Shown here piece by piece: positions 63,841-64,000 of a stretch of 64,000 bases of DNA. Location of the stretch: the NCBI GenBank assembly GCA_022710485.1, contig JAKLGU010000002.1, positions 2,682-66,681 on the forward strand, written 5' to 3'. The notes under the pieces were generated by a model, which saw only the letters and a program-made list of their open reading frames with translations, searched no databases and had not been told where the DNA came from. The position numbers were made by a program, and so were the translations under genes. Source of the DNA: Gemmatimonadota bacterium. GTDB lineage: Bacteria; Gemmatimonadota; Gemmatimonadetes; Gemmatimonadales; GWC2-71-9. Positions within the stretch are counted from its first letter, which is position 1; each line of letters begins with the position of its first letter.

Positions 63841-64000
63841 TACTTCTTCTTCATCACCTTCTCGATGTCCGCCGCGGTGCGTGGAGCCCCGCCGGAGAGG
63901 AGTTCGTACCCGGTCGCTGTCACGACCACGTCGTCCTCGATGCGGACCCCGAGCTTCTCGGCGGGGATGTAGATGCCCGGCTCCACGGTGAGGACCATGT
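63841..64000 (-). CDS. M24-family Xaa-Pro aminopeptidase, C-terminal fragment (gene continues beyond the window)
   Basis: My own translation of the minus strand gives [52 protein letters not shown]-stop. The VEPGIY...GVRIED signature marks it as M24. It is not in the ORF track. Confidence 0.75.

Overview
The window is about 64 kb of very GC-rich (roughly 70% by eye), extremely compact bacterial chromosome. The envelope genes are Gram-negative in type (OmpA, a beta-barrel protein, a YbbA/YbbP-like ABC system). The phylum cannot be fixed without database searches. All functional calls come from reading motifs in the supplied translations; no similarity search was possible.

I resolve 62 protein-coding genes, many with start codons corrected relative to the ORF track. 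I see no rRNA or tRNA, no CRISPR array, and no transposase or integrase.

Gene content from left to right:
- A 5'-truncated Eco57I/PglX-type N6-adenine methyltransferase overlapping an SNF2 helicase. This is probably the tail of a methylation-based defence or mobile module whose other genes lie off-window.
- Housekeeping genes: a phosphoribosyltransferase, a HAD phosphatase, a DUF47-PiT phosphate uptake pair, and molybdenum-cofactor maturation genes.
- A lipid/PHA-granule cluster (ABC1 kinase, acyltransferase, patatin, phasin, PhaR) with a near-consensus phaR promoter embedded in a 15-bp inverted repeat.
- A class I HMG-CoA reductase with an extra N-terminal domain, followed by XdhC.
- A 10-gene, translationally coupled arginine operon of the N-acyl-ornithine transcarbamylase type. 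It carries an unassigned P-loop-like protein where a glutamate N-acyltransferase would be expected.
- An HDAC-family deacetylase fused to an unknown ~300-aa domain, coupled to a membrane-anchored protein.
- Transporters, a deaminase and an aldo/keto reductase.
- An OmpA protein with four thrombospondin-type-3 repeats.
- A Cyc2/Cyt572-like fused monoheme cytochrome/beta-barrel porin with a periplasmic cytochrome c. I rate this the most interesting candidate.
- A GntR-ABC operon extended by two unknown bitopic proteins.
- An ECF sigma/anti-sigma/DUF4097 module.
- A Ser/Thr kinase coupled to a SARP-AAA regulator (AfsK/AfsR-like).
- A tesA/ybbA/ybbP-like locus, plant-type FabI, a caa3 cytochrome oxidase operon with a near-consensus promoter, DinB, and a truncated M24 peptidase.

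Numerous long antisense or alternative-frame ORFs in the track are GC-driven shadows and were rejected.
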